64,000 nt of DNA from assembly GCF_021869535.1 (NCBI RefSeq), contig NW_026262701.1, positions 71,796,001 to 71,860,000 on the forward strand, read 5' to 3'. Numbering within the stretch: the first letter of the stretch is position 1; every line of letters begins with the position of its first letter. The DNA is from Mytilus californianus. Lineage: Eukaryota. Positions 1-11,475 of this stretch are shown piece after piece. A program made the position numbers and the translations under genes. The notes under the pieces were generated by a model, which was not told where the DNA came from, made no database searches, and worked only from the letters and a program-made list of their open reading frames with translations.

Positions 1-554
1 GGGTTCCATAATGTGCAGAGAGTGTAGAGATTATCTTACATGAAGCAACGGATTACACAACCTGATTATGTATATACCGTCAAACCGACGCCCTTTTTAG
101 CATGGGTTTTAAATGCTGTGTCGGGAGCAAGAATTGTTGCCAGAGATCTTGTGCGTACTGACAGCGTGGCCTATTTACATACATCTATTTGATTTAATTA
201 GCCGAATAAGAGTGTACGTGACTGCGTATTTATACATCCTAAAAAAGTCAAACGAATGCTCCATGAGAAAACCTGTTACCTTTTTTGTGTTGATATTAAT
301 TTATGTATGCGCCCCTGTTTGATTACCACACCAGCTAAAGTATTTCTTGATTTTTAAATTGCATTTGCCATGTGTAGTTTATAGACTTTCCGTTTGGAAT
401 TTTCCTTGAAGTTCGGTATTTTTGTTATTTTACTTTTTATATCTAGCTGCCTTTAACCACATGTATATTGTTTCATTCACAATTCTTGCACTTTACTTTG
501 TACCTATTATTGTCGTATTATGTGGTAAAGATTATCAATATTTGTATAACCTAC

Positions 555-709
555 CTCTACTATCATTCTGAGTCCCCATTCAGTTTGTATTAGAGCTTCT
601 TTTCTCGCTGTTACAAGTACACTATTGATCCACATGAAGGGAACCCAAAACTTGTTGTATCTGCAATCGATGTTTTCATACATCATTGCTTCCTCTTTTG
701 TAATGAATC
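555..709 (-). CDS. BEST: Bestrophin coding exon 4 (155 bp)
   Basis: ttctttag|GA TTC ATT ACA ... GTA GAG|gtaggt; lies inside track ORF 507..815. Confidence 0.93.
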
Positions 710-3700
710 CTAAAGAAGAAGAAAAAAAACCAGATTGCTGAAGTACTATAGTTACCAGTATCCATTTATGAACAATTGAAGCCCATATCCTATTTTTGTA
801 AATAACTGTTTTCATTGTTCCTAGTAATTTTTGTCTGCCCCGTATTTATTTTTTAATATCCCTTAGTATCTTCTTTTCTTCCCTGGTGTTTCATTCACAG
901 CTTGAAAAATTCATTAACGTATAGGTAATTTCCAATTCATGACTTAAAAATTATATCAACGTATTTGTATCAAATAAAAGACTTTGGTAAATGGCTTGCT
1001 ATCATCTACACAACTGTTCAAAACTGGTGAATTTATTGATTATTGTTTGCTAATTTTTCAGTGACCAATATTGCATGCATATTCAGGCCGAGAAAAATAT
1101 TCGTAAAAGACTGCAAATTTATCTAACGAAAATTGCATTGGAAAAGGTGCAAGCTGACCAGATCCTGTTAGCGTACTAAGCTGGTTCTCGGCAGACTACT
1201 ACACTTTGAGTGTAGCGTAATACAAGCGGATTCCAGTTTAGTAGCGTACCAGTTTGGTATCACGTGCTATTTAACACGATCAAACATTGGCAATTGCTGC
1301 TAAAATGTCAACATTTACAATTATCCAGTGCTAATTATGAGTAGGAGTTATCTTTCCGTCACCATGTAGAGATGCCCAGAAATGATATTTAACTTGTAAG
1401 TCAATTACAAAAATTATACAAAAAATATGTTTTGTTCATTTACCAACTTGTTTATTCAGCTATGCATGATTATACTGATATAATCAAGACACCACGATTG
1501 GAACAATGAAATATGTCTAAGACAACTATGCCCCATGGACTTCTCTCATTCGACAATAAAAGCCATGCTAGACTCTGTTTGGGATGTATAAATACGCAAT
1601 CACGTCACGTCGATATGGGGACGTTAAATCGTCTCAAATAGGACAGGTTCCAAGTGCTTAGCTCAATTCACGTTCTAAAACTCTTGCAACAACTCTTGGA
1701 GGGGTTCGTCGGTTGGCGTTTGCCAAGCTAAATTGTCCCCTCTACAACATGACCTCAATTTTCGGTGGCAGTCGAAATTCCAAACCTCTATTGAGGTCGA
1801 GTTATTTTCAAAAATCTGTTATTAATTTTTTGTCGTCCTGAAATTGGACGTTAAAAAAAACCAAAAGTCAATCAATCTTATGTACCATTTAAAGTATGAA
1901 AAGTTTAGTTCATGTACGTGTGTTTCTTTTGAAGACCTTATTTCTTACCCGCTTCTACTATGTGATCAAGCGTAGGAAATCTTTTCATAACAGCAACACT
2001 AATTGAACGAGCTATAAGTATAATTCCAAACATCAGATATCTTGCAACTGTTCTCCTGAGTATCCGCTTCCTGTCTGTTTGTCCGGGAAGATAACAACAC
2101 AACATGAATACAGTCCTATAATAGTTTTCAAAAACAGTTATATGAAATTATTGAGAATTCGTAATAAATATTAAGATCGGCAAAGTTGACCTTAGATGAT
2201 TTTCGCTATTCTGTTTAGCTCTTTTTTTTTGTCATATAGCTCCTAACGATGCAGCGTATTTAATAATCTCTGGCTTTCAAATTTTCGGGTAAGAGTGTTC
2301 CTGATGATAGTTAATCTGAAAAGCTCTTCGAACGCACGAGGTTTATAAAGTGTTTATTTCATACACTAACATTTGGTCGATATCGCTGCTGGTGGACTGT
2401 TTGTCCCCAAATCTATCATTTGCTCAGTAGTCGGTGCTTCGGTAATGGCATGATTTATAACGAATACTTATTCAAAATTCGTGAATCAAGAACTTATAAA
2501 AAAATTAAGGTACAATTTCTCTCAGGCAAACTTGACCTTTGATGAATTTGGCTTTTCGATTAAGGTCCATTTTTGCAAATATAGCTTCTAACGTTGAAGT
2601 GTATTTACACATCCCTGGATTTTAAATGTTTAATTTTGATCGTACCTGATGAAGGTAAATCCAGAAAAGCGATTTGGATGCATGAAATTTATAGAGTGGT
2701 AATTTTATTAAATGAGAACGAAGCGAATTTCTGAAATTTTATCCAGTCATCAGTTCCAGGTTCATGTGATAACGTCCATGATGTGTTGAGAATTTTATTA
2801 CGTCTTTATGTTAACGTTTTTCCACGTCTAAAAGGTGGATTCAAGAAAATATATAAATCTAAGACTGAAAAATAAATGTAAATTTAGGGCTAATATTGAA
2901 TTAGATTTAAAAAAAATCATAAACATTCTGAGGAAAACATCATTTTGTGCAATGCCAAAATATAAGTATCGACATGTAGACTGTACGTTTTCATACCTAT
3001 ATAGGAACACATTTTCATTTATGTTATAGTTTAATAATTATAAAACAATGTTAGTACCGTTAAAACCAATATTCAAAGATCTTATTACGGTTTTAAATTT
3101 ATAACCTTTTTTCGAATAAGTTTATTCAAAAGATCAATACGTTTACATGGATCGAATCTAAATTTACGGGATTTATAAACAACATAACCGTAAACATGAG
3201 GATGCGATATCCCTTTGTTATTAGTTTGCTACATGTTCGCCAAACTTCCAAACCAAATCCTTGTACCTATGGAAGAATTTAGTAATTTGTGTTAACCAAA
3301 TCCTTGACTTTATAGTTTACCAGCGATATCTAGATTACGCGCATTGAAATCTATAACGTCACTACAAACATGGGCATAGCGAACGAGTTCGGATATTTAA
3401 ATACCGTAAGATGGTGCCAAAGGAACATTATTGTCCAAAAAAGGAAAGTTAACAATATGGAACAAAAATTGTCCCTTTTGTTCGAATTTTTTTGTAAAGA
3501 AGTTCTTGTGTGAAACTGAAATATCTGAATCTTAGAAAGGACAGTTATTGATGTTTATGTTAGGTTTATCTAAATTAAGCTCACTTCTAGAGTAATTATC
3601 AGAAGTACATTAAGAGAATTTTTGATTATTTTACACCAAAATATCACAAAGGTGACTGTAAGTTTTGTTGAAGTTATCAATAAAATGGTATTTAGACGGA

Positions 3701-6700
3701 TATTTATTGAGTTTGGCCATGAACTGTTTGATTTATTCCTTTAGGTATACCTAAAACCTCTCGATCAACTTTTTTCCCGAAACGTACATTGATGCTGTCA
3801 AAGAGACAGCTTTAGTCATCTCATCAAGCTTCCTGTTTGTATATCTAGTAAATTACCTTTTATTAACACTCATGTTTCAACATCCTGTCGATTTTATTTT
3901 GGAATTTCACGTGGTCATACTTTTCACAGACTGCTTATGAAGTCTTTATGCTAAATCCGTTGGAGGTGTACTTGTTGTCATTTTAGTCTGGTAAAATATG
4001 TTGCACATTTTGTCATGCCAGTACCTTTTATAGCTTACTATACGGTGTGGGTTTTGATCATTGTTGAAGGCCGTACGATGACATGTAATTGTTTTGTGCT
4101 TAAGACTTTTAAGGATGGCTATGAAATTAACAATCAAACCACATCTCCTAATTTTTATATTTATATTGAGTATACAAACATCTCCGATTTATATATTAAT
4201 TTTTAAGTATAAAATCACTATATTGTATTTATTTTCTCATCACTAGTAAAATGACAGCCATTTTGATATGAAAGCAGTCTGAAATATTTTTTTTTTGGAC
4301 GTATGTAATAGAATTACCTGTCGGGCCAAGGAAAATTCTGGAATTGTCTCCACCATCTTGAAACTACCATGGAAACGTAAAATCCGAGAACAAATGACAG
4401 AGGAATATAGGAAGTATACTGATTACATGATAACACGACCTTTTCAAATAATCTGACAAAAAAGAAGAAGGAAATATTTTAGTTATTGTAAAAAATTTCG
4501 GTTCCTTACATTAACATTTGATTTTTTTAACAAAATAGTGGGGCAGCACTGTATTTGTTTTTTTTTCTTATTTGAAGTTTCTTTATATTTTATATTAATA
4601 GTCGGTCATTTTTTTTAGAAATATTGAAAGGGAATAACAAAATTGTAGCAAATTCAAGGAAGAAAAAATCACTTTCGTGTGACATTTTATTTTCCAGTGT
4701 CTGTCTAGTTGCTCACGGCCATGATCTTGTCTATCCTTCGTACTGCAAAAAAATCATTTTCTTTTTTCATTTTAATCTTTCATATTCAGTCCTGTACTAC
4801 AGTTGAATTTTAAGACTTTACCTGTATATTTCGCCCACCCCCTTCCAAATCCCAAAGGGTGACTGGTGAATAAATATAGTCACTTTGGTCTTCTTCCGAC
4901 CAACAGTATAACCCTCGCTAAATTAGGTCGTCCGTTTAGCTGTAACAGATGTAGCCACGTCCGGTCAGAATGGGGACGTCAAATCCGATGCCTTGTATAA
5001 TGAAAGTGCAACGCTCTTCGCCCGTTAAGAACACTTTTCTTTGAGGTGTCCGTAGGAGGCCTGTTGCAAGGCAAAATTTCTGTCCCCATCCAATATACCC
5101 TCATTATTCTGTAGCAGTGTAAATTTCCCCGACCTCCATACCGGACGGCCTCTATGAAAGGACCTACCTATTGCATTTGTGGTCAATTTGTTCCCGTCCT
5201 GAATTGCTTGAAATATTTGCCGCTGGACGTAAAGCAACAATCAATCATATATATTTTGCAATGTGTCAGGGTATGACAATAGCTATCTATCAGTTTTTTT
5301 ATTGATTGATTGATAATTGATTGGTGTTTAACGCCACTTTCAGCACTATTGTGTTATTTCTTGGCGGTCAGTTTTTACTGTTGGAAGAAGCCGGAGTGCC
5401 CTAAGATAACCACTGGTCGTTGATAGGAAAACTGACAATTCTAGTGAATGAAAATGAAGATTATGTCGAGCGCACCTGCCATGTGCTCTATCAGTTATCG
5501 TAAATCACATAGTGTAAATAGTGGAACAGGAATTCCTTAACCTTTTGCAATAACCAAGGTCAATGACATCCATATTCTAAATGTTTCATGTTCTTCTATC
5601 TTTAGTTTTCTATTTTCGATGCACTGTGTCTCGTGAGCAATTATTTGCCACCTGTACATGGAACTTCCATTTTATGCGCAAAAGACTAGTCGAAAAATTA
5701 AGATTTATTTATGATGTAAAAATCATACTTTCTAGTCAAGGAAACGTATATTAAAAACTCTATTTTTCACTAATGTACTTGCATTAGACTTACACGGTAC
5801 AAATATATTGTATTTACGTATGTTAATAGTAGATGTCAAAAAATGAAGCATATACTAGGTCAGCAAGTTTGACAAGATATTAATAAAACAGACAGTACGT
5901 TTTTTTTTGTTTACGGATATTAAATATAACTGACTTAAATATAATGCTAAAAGGATATTTTGGGTAAAATATGAATAATGCATACATATGTTTAAACATT
6001 TCATTAGTAAGCTATAAAATGGACAACGCTTGTAAACTTTAAGGGAATCGCACGAATCCCAATCTAATGTCAACATCCAATATAACATAGCTTAACCTGT
6101 AATAATGTCAGATTGACATATTGAGTTATGTGATATTAGATCTATGACTAGATTAAAAATGTTACAGTCTAGTTTTCTATGTTGACTCATGTATACTGTT
6201 GTTTGTCTTTTTTTCGTTTTTCGTTTTTTGGGATAGCATTGTCAGTTTGTTTTCAACTTATCAGTTTGAATATCCTTTTGGTATCTTTAACCTCTTTTAC
6301 ATGTGGGTTGAGAAATTCAAACGCCTCAAAAATCAACTAATTCATGATGGCGACGATTGAAGTTGTGAAGTGACAAGTTCAGTCGTTTACTCATAATATT
6401 CATAACCTTGTATTTTTTTTTTTTTTTTATTTTAAACAGTATCCTATTGAGTGAAATCACCATAACGAGACCAACATCTATAGCATATCGTATCAGCTGA
6501 AATACGCAGAAGTCATAGACTTGACGCAACGGTATGTTGCTTTTCAAGAGTGTTAACTTGCCAATGACGACTTTCAAATTCGTGCTTTTTTTTCTGTGTC
6601 ACAATGCTTATGATGTTAAGTCACAGTAAGAACCGATTGTTCAATGACGTAAAGAACATAACGAATGAGGTTTTTTTATGAATAAATCATTCATAAATGA

Positions 6701-8812
6701 ACAACTCGAGATTAGTTTATAATATCGTTTGTAATTAATCTTAGTTTTTACTTTTACATCTACATCAAGTGTAAGAAAAGAATCTGAATATGAAGCATTT
6801 TTTGTCCCCCATTAACACGACCCCTTAAAATGTTGACGTCACAGAAGGAAATGGTTCACGCCATACCGAAAAAGTTTTATGTTTGAAAATCTCGGGTCAG
6901 TCTAGAAGAGTACCAAATAGCGATAACGTGTACAGACTCAACATAGACGACCGAAGATCAGGCTTGAAATTAAAAAAAAACACACACAGACAACCCCTAT
7001 AGAGTTTCTAAAAATAACGCAAGGTGCAAAAAGATATAGTGAGGTAATGTGTATACTCAAACTTTATCTGTTATCTGGATCAATTTATATGGGAAAAAAC
7101 ATCAATCAAGCTCAACGTTAAAAGCATAAAACAAAAAATACCGTACTTCAAGAAGCTTTTATGTCTATGGAGTTATCGTTCTCGAAAGACAAGTGTATAT
7201 CAAGTATTGATAGACTATGTAAACCTATATCATAAAATGCAAATATATATTTTGTAAATAAAATTTCAATACAAGTTTTTTGTTTAACCAGGAATTGATC
7301 TCACTGTTCAGGCATCAATTAGGGATGCAACTTGATATAGAATTTATGAATTTTTGAACTAATATATAAAAAACAAAATAAACATCAGAAAAGGTTTTAT
7401 ACGAGTCTTTTCTGATGTTTATTTTGTTTTTTATGTTGTTGGATTGTTTCAATCCTGTTTACTGCTCGGCGCAAACGTGACTTCAATGCTTGGTGGCTAT
7501 GTTGATTGCATGTTCCCGTTGAACTAAAGAATACCGCAGTTACAGTTAATATAAATAAAAAGATGTGGTATGAGTGCTAATGAGACAACTCTCCATCCAA
7601 GTCACAATGTATAAAAAGTTAACAATTATAGGTCAAAATACGGCCTTCAACATGGAGCCTTGCCTCACACCGAACAGCAAGCTATAAAGGACCCCAAAAT
7701 GACTAGTGTAAAATAATTCAAACTTCAAAACCAACGGTCTAAACTATATAAAAAACGAGAAACGAAAAACACCTATGAACCACACCAACAAACAACAATC
7801 ACTGAACAACAGGCTCCTGACTTAGGACATGTGCATACAAATGCAGCGGGTTTAAACGTTTTAACAGGGGCCAACCTTCACCATAACCTGAGACAGTAGA
7901 GTAACGTTACAACATAAACAGACACACTATAAAATATCAACTGAAATGGCTTAACTCAATCAAAAAGACATTTAAACAAAAACAAGTAAACATACACTGG
8001 ACGAATAAGTTTGATCTATGACACAATATAAATACAATATTAAAACATAGACGTTACAGGTAGTAATAAAAAAAGATGTAAGAAGAGTGTTAATAAGACA
8101 ACTCTTACCAGGAACAAAATGACGTTAAATAAAACAACGTACACATGTAAATTTAAATATAATAATTTTGTTGTTATTAGTACAGAGGTAAACATTTTTT
8201 TACAAAATTAATGAATTTGTTGTTCAGAGTACGAGTACATAGTCTACATATATTGACTTACATTTGAAAATTGACTACATGGTCGTTTTTTAAAAGAACT
8301 TAACTTCAGTTCAGAAGAGATGATTTCAATTTCTCATTGTGAACTGTCAGTTTCTATACAGCCAACATCACAGAAACACCTAAATATGGAGTATATATTT
8401 CCCAGTTGATACGATATTCTAGACCAAACTTTTAAGGGAATGGTGTTTACAAGGAAGCTATTGAACCAAATGGCAAAGTTAAAGATTAAATATTGAATTT
8501 TGTTACAAACTACCGAAATAAAATGAAACTTTAAAAAATCTTACAGCCAAAAGGTACATAATTATGTTATCGTCATTCTTATAATTCCCATCTAAAATCA
8601 TCTTAAAATGCATTAGGTCATTAAAGTACTTACGTTCTCTGATCTTCATTTAGTACCAACCGATATATCAAAGCGATTAAGGTGTAAAGAGCGGAATATA
8701 TAAGCATTTCTTTATAAAGTAACTTGTACACACTACCCCTCCATCTAGCTAACAATTTAGTAAATGTTCCAAGTCCAGTATTAGCTACTTTATATTGATA
8801 TATTATTGTCAT
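555..8812 (-). CDS. BEST: Bestrophin family Ca2+-activated chloride channel, 5' part of gene (continues past left edge). Coding exons 8812-8634, 4452-4318, 2115-1949, 709-555
   Basis: Spliced translation: [35 protein letters not shown]...[75 protein letters not shown]...[19 protein letters not shown]...KFWVPFMW...IVE. It carries the bestrophin motifs WRGSxYK, IPxSFVLGFY, RWW, PWPD, RFPT and FWVP. All junctions are GT-AG with matching phases (2,2,1,0). The next exon was not found in 1-554. Paralog assignment is not possible. Confidence 0.95.
1570..1875 (+). mobile_element. SINE-like repeat, same family as 4945-5247
   Basis: Shared GATGTATAAATACG..GGGGACGTTAAATC core and TGGACGTTAAA..AATCAATC tail. 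Confidence 0.55.
1949..2115 (-). CDS. BEST: Bestrophin coding exon 3 (167 bp)
   Basis: tatag|G ACT GTA ... AGA TTT CCT ACG ... GAA GCG G|gtaaga; encodes RRTVARY and RFPT. Absent from the ORF track. Confidence 0.93.
2170..2710. repeat. Two diverged ~190-bp units about 345 bp apart (CAAA[G/C]TTGACCTT...CCTGATGA)
   Basis: 2175-2360 and 2520-2705 align loosely; related fragments at about 10575-10630 and 18440-18615. Confidence 0.5.
4318..4452 (-). CDS. BEST: Bestrophin coding exon 2 (135 bp)
   Basis: tttgtcag|A TTA TTT GAA ... CCT TGG CCC GAC AG|gtaatt; encodes [10 protein letters not shown] and RWW. Absent from the ORF track. Confidence 0.93.
4945..5247 (+). mobile_element. SINE-like repeat (resembles Deu/Nin-domain SINEs), reference copy
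   Basis: GGGGACGTCAAATCCGATGCC...TGGACGTAAAGCAACAATCAATCA tail. Related copies at about 1570-1875, 13340-13645, 21478-21520 and 37770-37925. The family name is from recall. Confidence 0.55.
5303..5490 (-). mobile_element. SINE 3' fragment with (ATCA)n tail, tail-to-tail with 4945-5247
   Basis: The - strand ends GTGGCGTTAAACACCAATCAATTATCAATCAATC, typical of mollusc SINE tails as recalled. Confidence 0.5.
7366..7434. repeat. Perfect 28-bp inverted repeat with a 13-nt loop
   Basis: ATAAAAAACAAAATAAACATCAGAAAAG / CTTTTCTGATGTTTATTTTGTTTTTTAT. Confidence 0.9.
7555..8030. repeat. Abundant dispersed repeat family A (terminus AGATGTGGTATGA[G/T]TGCCAATGAGACAACTCTCC), long copy
   Basis: Reverse complement of 11030-11475. 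The same terminus recurs at least 13 times in the window. Confidence 0.85.
8634..8812 (-). CDS. BEST: Bestrophin coding exon 1 (179 bp; acceptor upstream leaves 5' UTR 8813-8896)
   Basis: ATG at 8812; donor AC|GTAAGT at 8633; upstream acceptor ttttcag ends at 8897. Confidence 0.93.
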
Positions 8813-11029
8813 GGTAACACAATCTTGTTTAAATCCGGCTATTTCGGTAATAACGATATGATGTTGCTTGTAACTGTCCAATGTTCGTTAAACTTTCTGA
8901 AAAGTAAAATTTAATTTCAGGCTAGAATATGATAAAAGCATATTTAATAATTCCATTTATTTCGAAATATCTACTCAAAAATTCATTTCCTGCATGATTA
9001 TGTCTACTCAATTATTAGAATCTTTTATCATACGAACATAAGAATTATTTGCAGCATTTTGAACTCGATTTGAATGAAAAATATCAAATATTGTGCTGGT
9101 CCCATTCTCGTCTCTTTTTTTAAAATTTAAATTATATTTATCACCATGAAAAAGTTGCATGGAATAATTCAATTGCACTGCTCAGTCAGATATTTGTTCA
9201 ATCAATAAAGAAAAATGTATACTCTACCCTTTTAGTCAGGAATATGACAGTTGTTTTCCATTCGTTAGATGTGTTTGAGCTTTTGATTTTGCCATTTTAT
9301 AAGGGACTTTCCGTTTTGAATTTCCCTTGGAGTTCGGTATTTTTGTTATTTTACTTTTTACCACTTTCACTATATAATTGTAACTTTTACGATGAAGATA
9401 AAATAGTCTGCTTAAAAAAGAAAGAATAAAAGAAAGACAAAAAAAAAATCTAAAAACAATTGACCGACTTCGTTTCATCAAAAGGTAGAAAAAGGGTAGA
9501 GAAGATACAAGGAGTTCTGAAAAATCGTAAGTATAACCGTAAACGACCGAGGTCATGAATACTCGAAGGTAAAAATTATAGCAGGTCTTAACTCCAACAC
9601 TTAAACCGCTGGACTCAAATAAGAATGCAATCTTGCCTTTTTTTTCATAATTAAAACATCATTTTATAGAAAGATTTTATCTCAATTCTTAAGTAGATGC
9701 CACATACTAGTATATGACATATCAGCAATTACTACATGTATACTTGCGTAAACTTAAAGTTGGTACATGTATATGGGTCAGTGTATTAACATGTGAATGT
9801 AGTATTACGTTTCATAACTATGCAGCAATTCAATTCAACAAAATAATTGCACAAAACTAAAAATGCTTAGAATTTTAATACGACTTTTAAAACTATCATT
9901 TAAAACACTTACCTGTAAAATTTCCCTTTGATAGATCTAGTAATAACAACAGGTTGACAAATGTAGCTGTTAAAATATTAACTATGACGCTAGTTGATTT
10001 GTCATTTGACAGGAAAAGATTGTAAAACACGTCCTTTACCTGTCCTACGTCTTTCAGCTAGAGGACCTCAGTTTTAAAAAATCAACACATAAGAAAAAAA
10101 GACAATTTTATAAAAAAATGAATTCAAAACTTATTTACGTTTTTGTTTGATTTAATTTAAAAGAAGACGTCCCAGAGAATTACCTTGTCTTACCGAACTC
10201 TCAGAGATTTTGCAATATTCCTCTTTTGGCCTAATCCGGAAATCATGTGCTCTGAAATTTTTATAATATATATAATATATGATATTATTACCATTGGTTA
10301 ATGGACTGTCATTCTTAGCTGGTTTCGTCCAGTAATCAGCGTATGGTAAGTAGTATAATTCAGAGAGTACCAGTAGCTAGTGCTACAGTGACCAGAGGTA
10401 AACAACTCAGTTTATATTCTATGTATTTTTTTATAAATTTTGCATAATCTATGTTATTTACTAAAACTGAGGTTGCTTACAACTGACTCTGGTAAATTTG
10501 TCCGTAGACTGTTGTTTTTTTGTGTTTTTTTTTGGCTCTCAAACATAAATATGTTTTACTTTCCAAATCTTGTAAAAGTCGGCATACCTGATGAATGTTA
10601 TCCCAGAAACACGTATATATTTCAGCGAACTTGACATTAAGGATACTTTATTAACAGGAAAGTACTTCTAATTCAAAAGCTTCTTTATCCGGGTTTTTTA
10701 AAAGAACTACTGTAACCGACTCTATGTCGGCTCAATGATCACCATCACGCATTTGTTGTTTGATACGATTTGGCTGTGTTTCAAACTCACCAGATACATG
10801 TTTTCGCGGTCTTAATCCTTAAGACAACATGCTTGTCGTCTGCAAATTTACCGATTGTTTTCTTATTCCCTATTGTACCTACATCAACTGTCAAGATGAA
10901 GAACAGGAATAAAAGCCCTGTTCATTGATAATTTTCTATGTTTTCTATGTATTGTGTGCGATTTTGTCCCATGTACATTTACTCCATATCCTTTAATTTT
11001 CTATTGACTATATGGAAAGGAAATGTCAA

Positions 11030-11475
11030 CTTGAATGTTCATTGTGTGTTAATTTACGTCTTTTGATTGAGTTAAGCCTTCCAATTGATATTTTATAGTG
11101 TGTTTTTCTATGTTGTGATGTTATACTATTGTTTCAGAAAAGGGAGAAGGTTTGGTACCATTAAAACGTTTAATTCCGCTGCAAATGTTTGCACCTGTCC
11201 TAAGTCAGGAATCTGATTACAGTAGTTGTCGTCTGTTTATGTAGTTCATACGTGTTTCTCGTTTCTCGTTTTTATATAGATTAGACCGTTGGTTTTTCCG
11301 TTTGAATGGTTTTACACTAGTAATTTTTTGGGGCCCTTTATAGCTTGCTGTTCGGTGTGAGCCAATGCTCCGTGTTGAAGGCCGTACCTTGACCTAAAAT
11401 GGTTTACTTTTATAAATTGTGACTTGGATGGAGAGTTGTCTCATTGGCACTCATACCACATCTTCCTATATCTAT
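11030..11475. repeat. Family A long copy, inverted relative to 7555-8030
   Basis: Colinear reverse complement over about 430 bp. Confidence 0.85.

Noticed and set aside
113-322. 69-aa + strand ORF, and a search for the next bestrophin exon in 1-554
   Set aside because: There is no homology, and the expected YDW-IPLVYTQ exon is not present, so it lies outside the window.
6326-6577. 83-aa - strand ORF as a possible bestrophin exon
   Set aside because: It has no bestrophin motifs, and the model is already complete and in phase without it.
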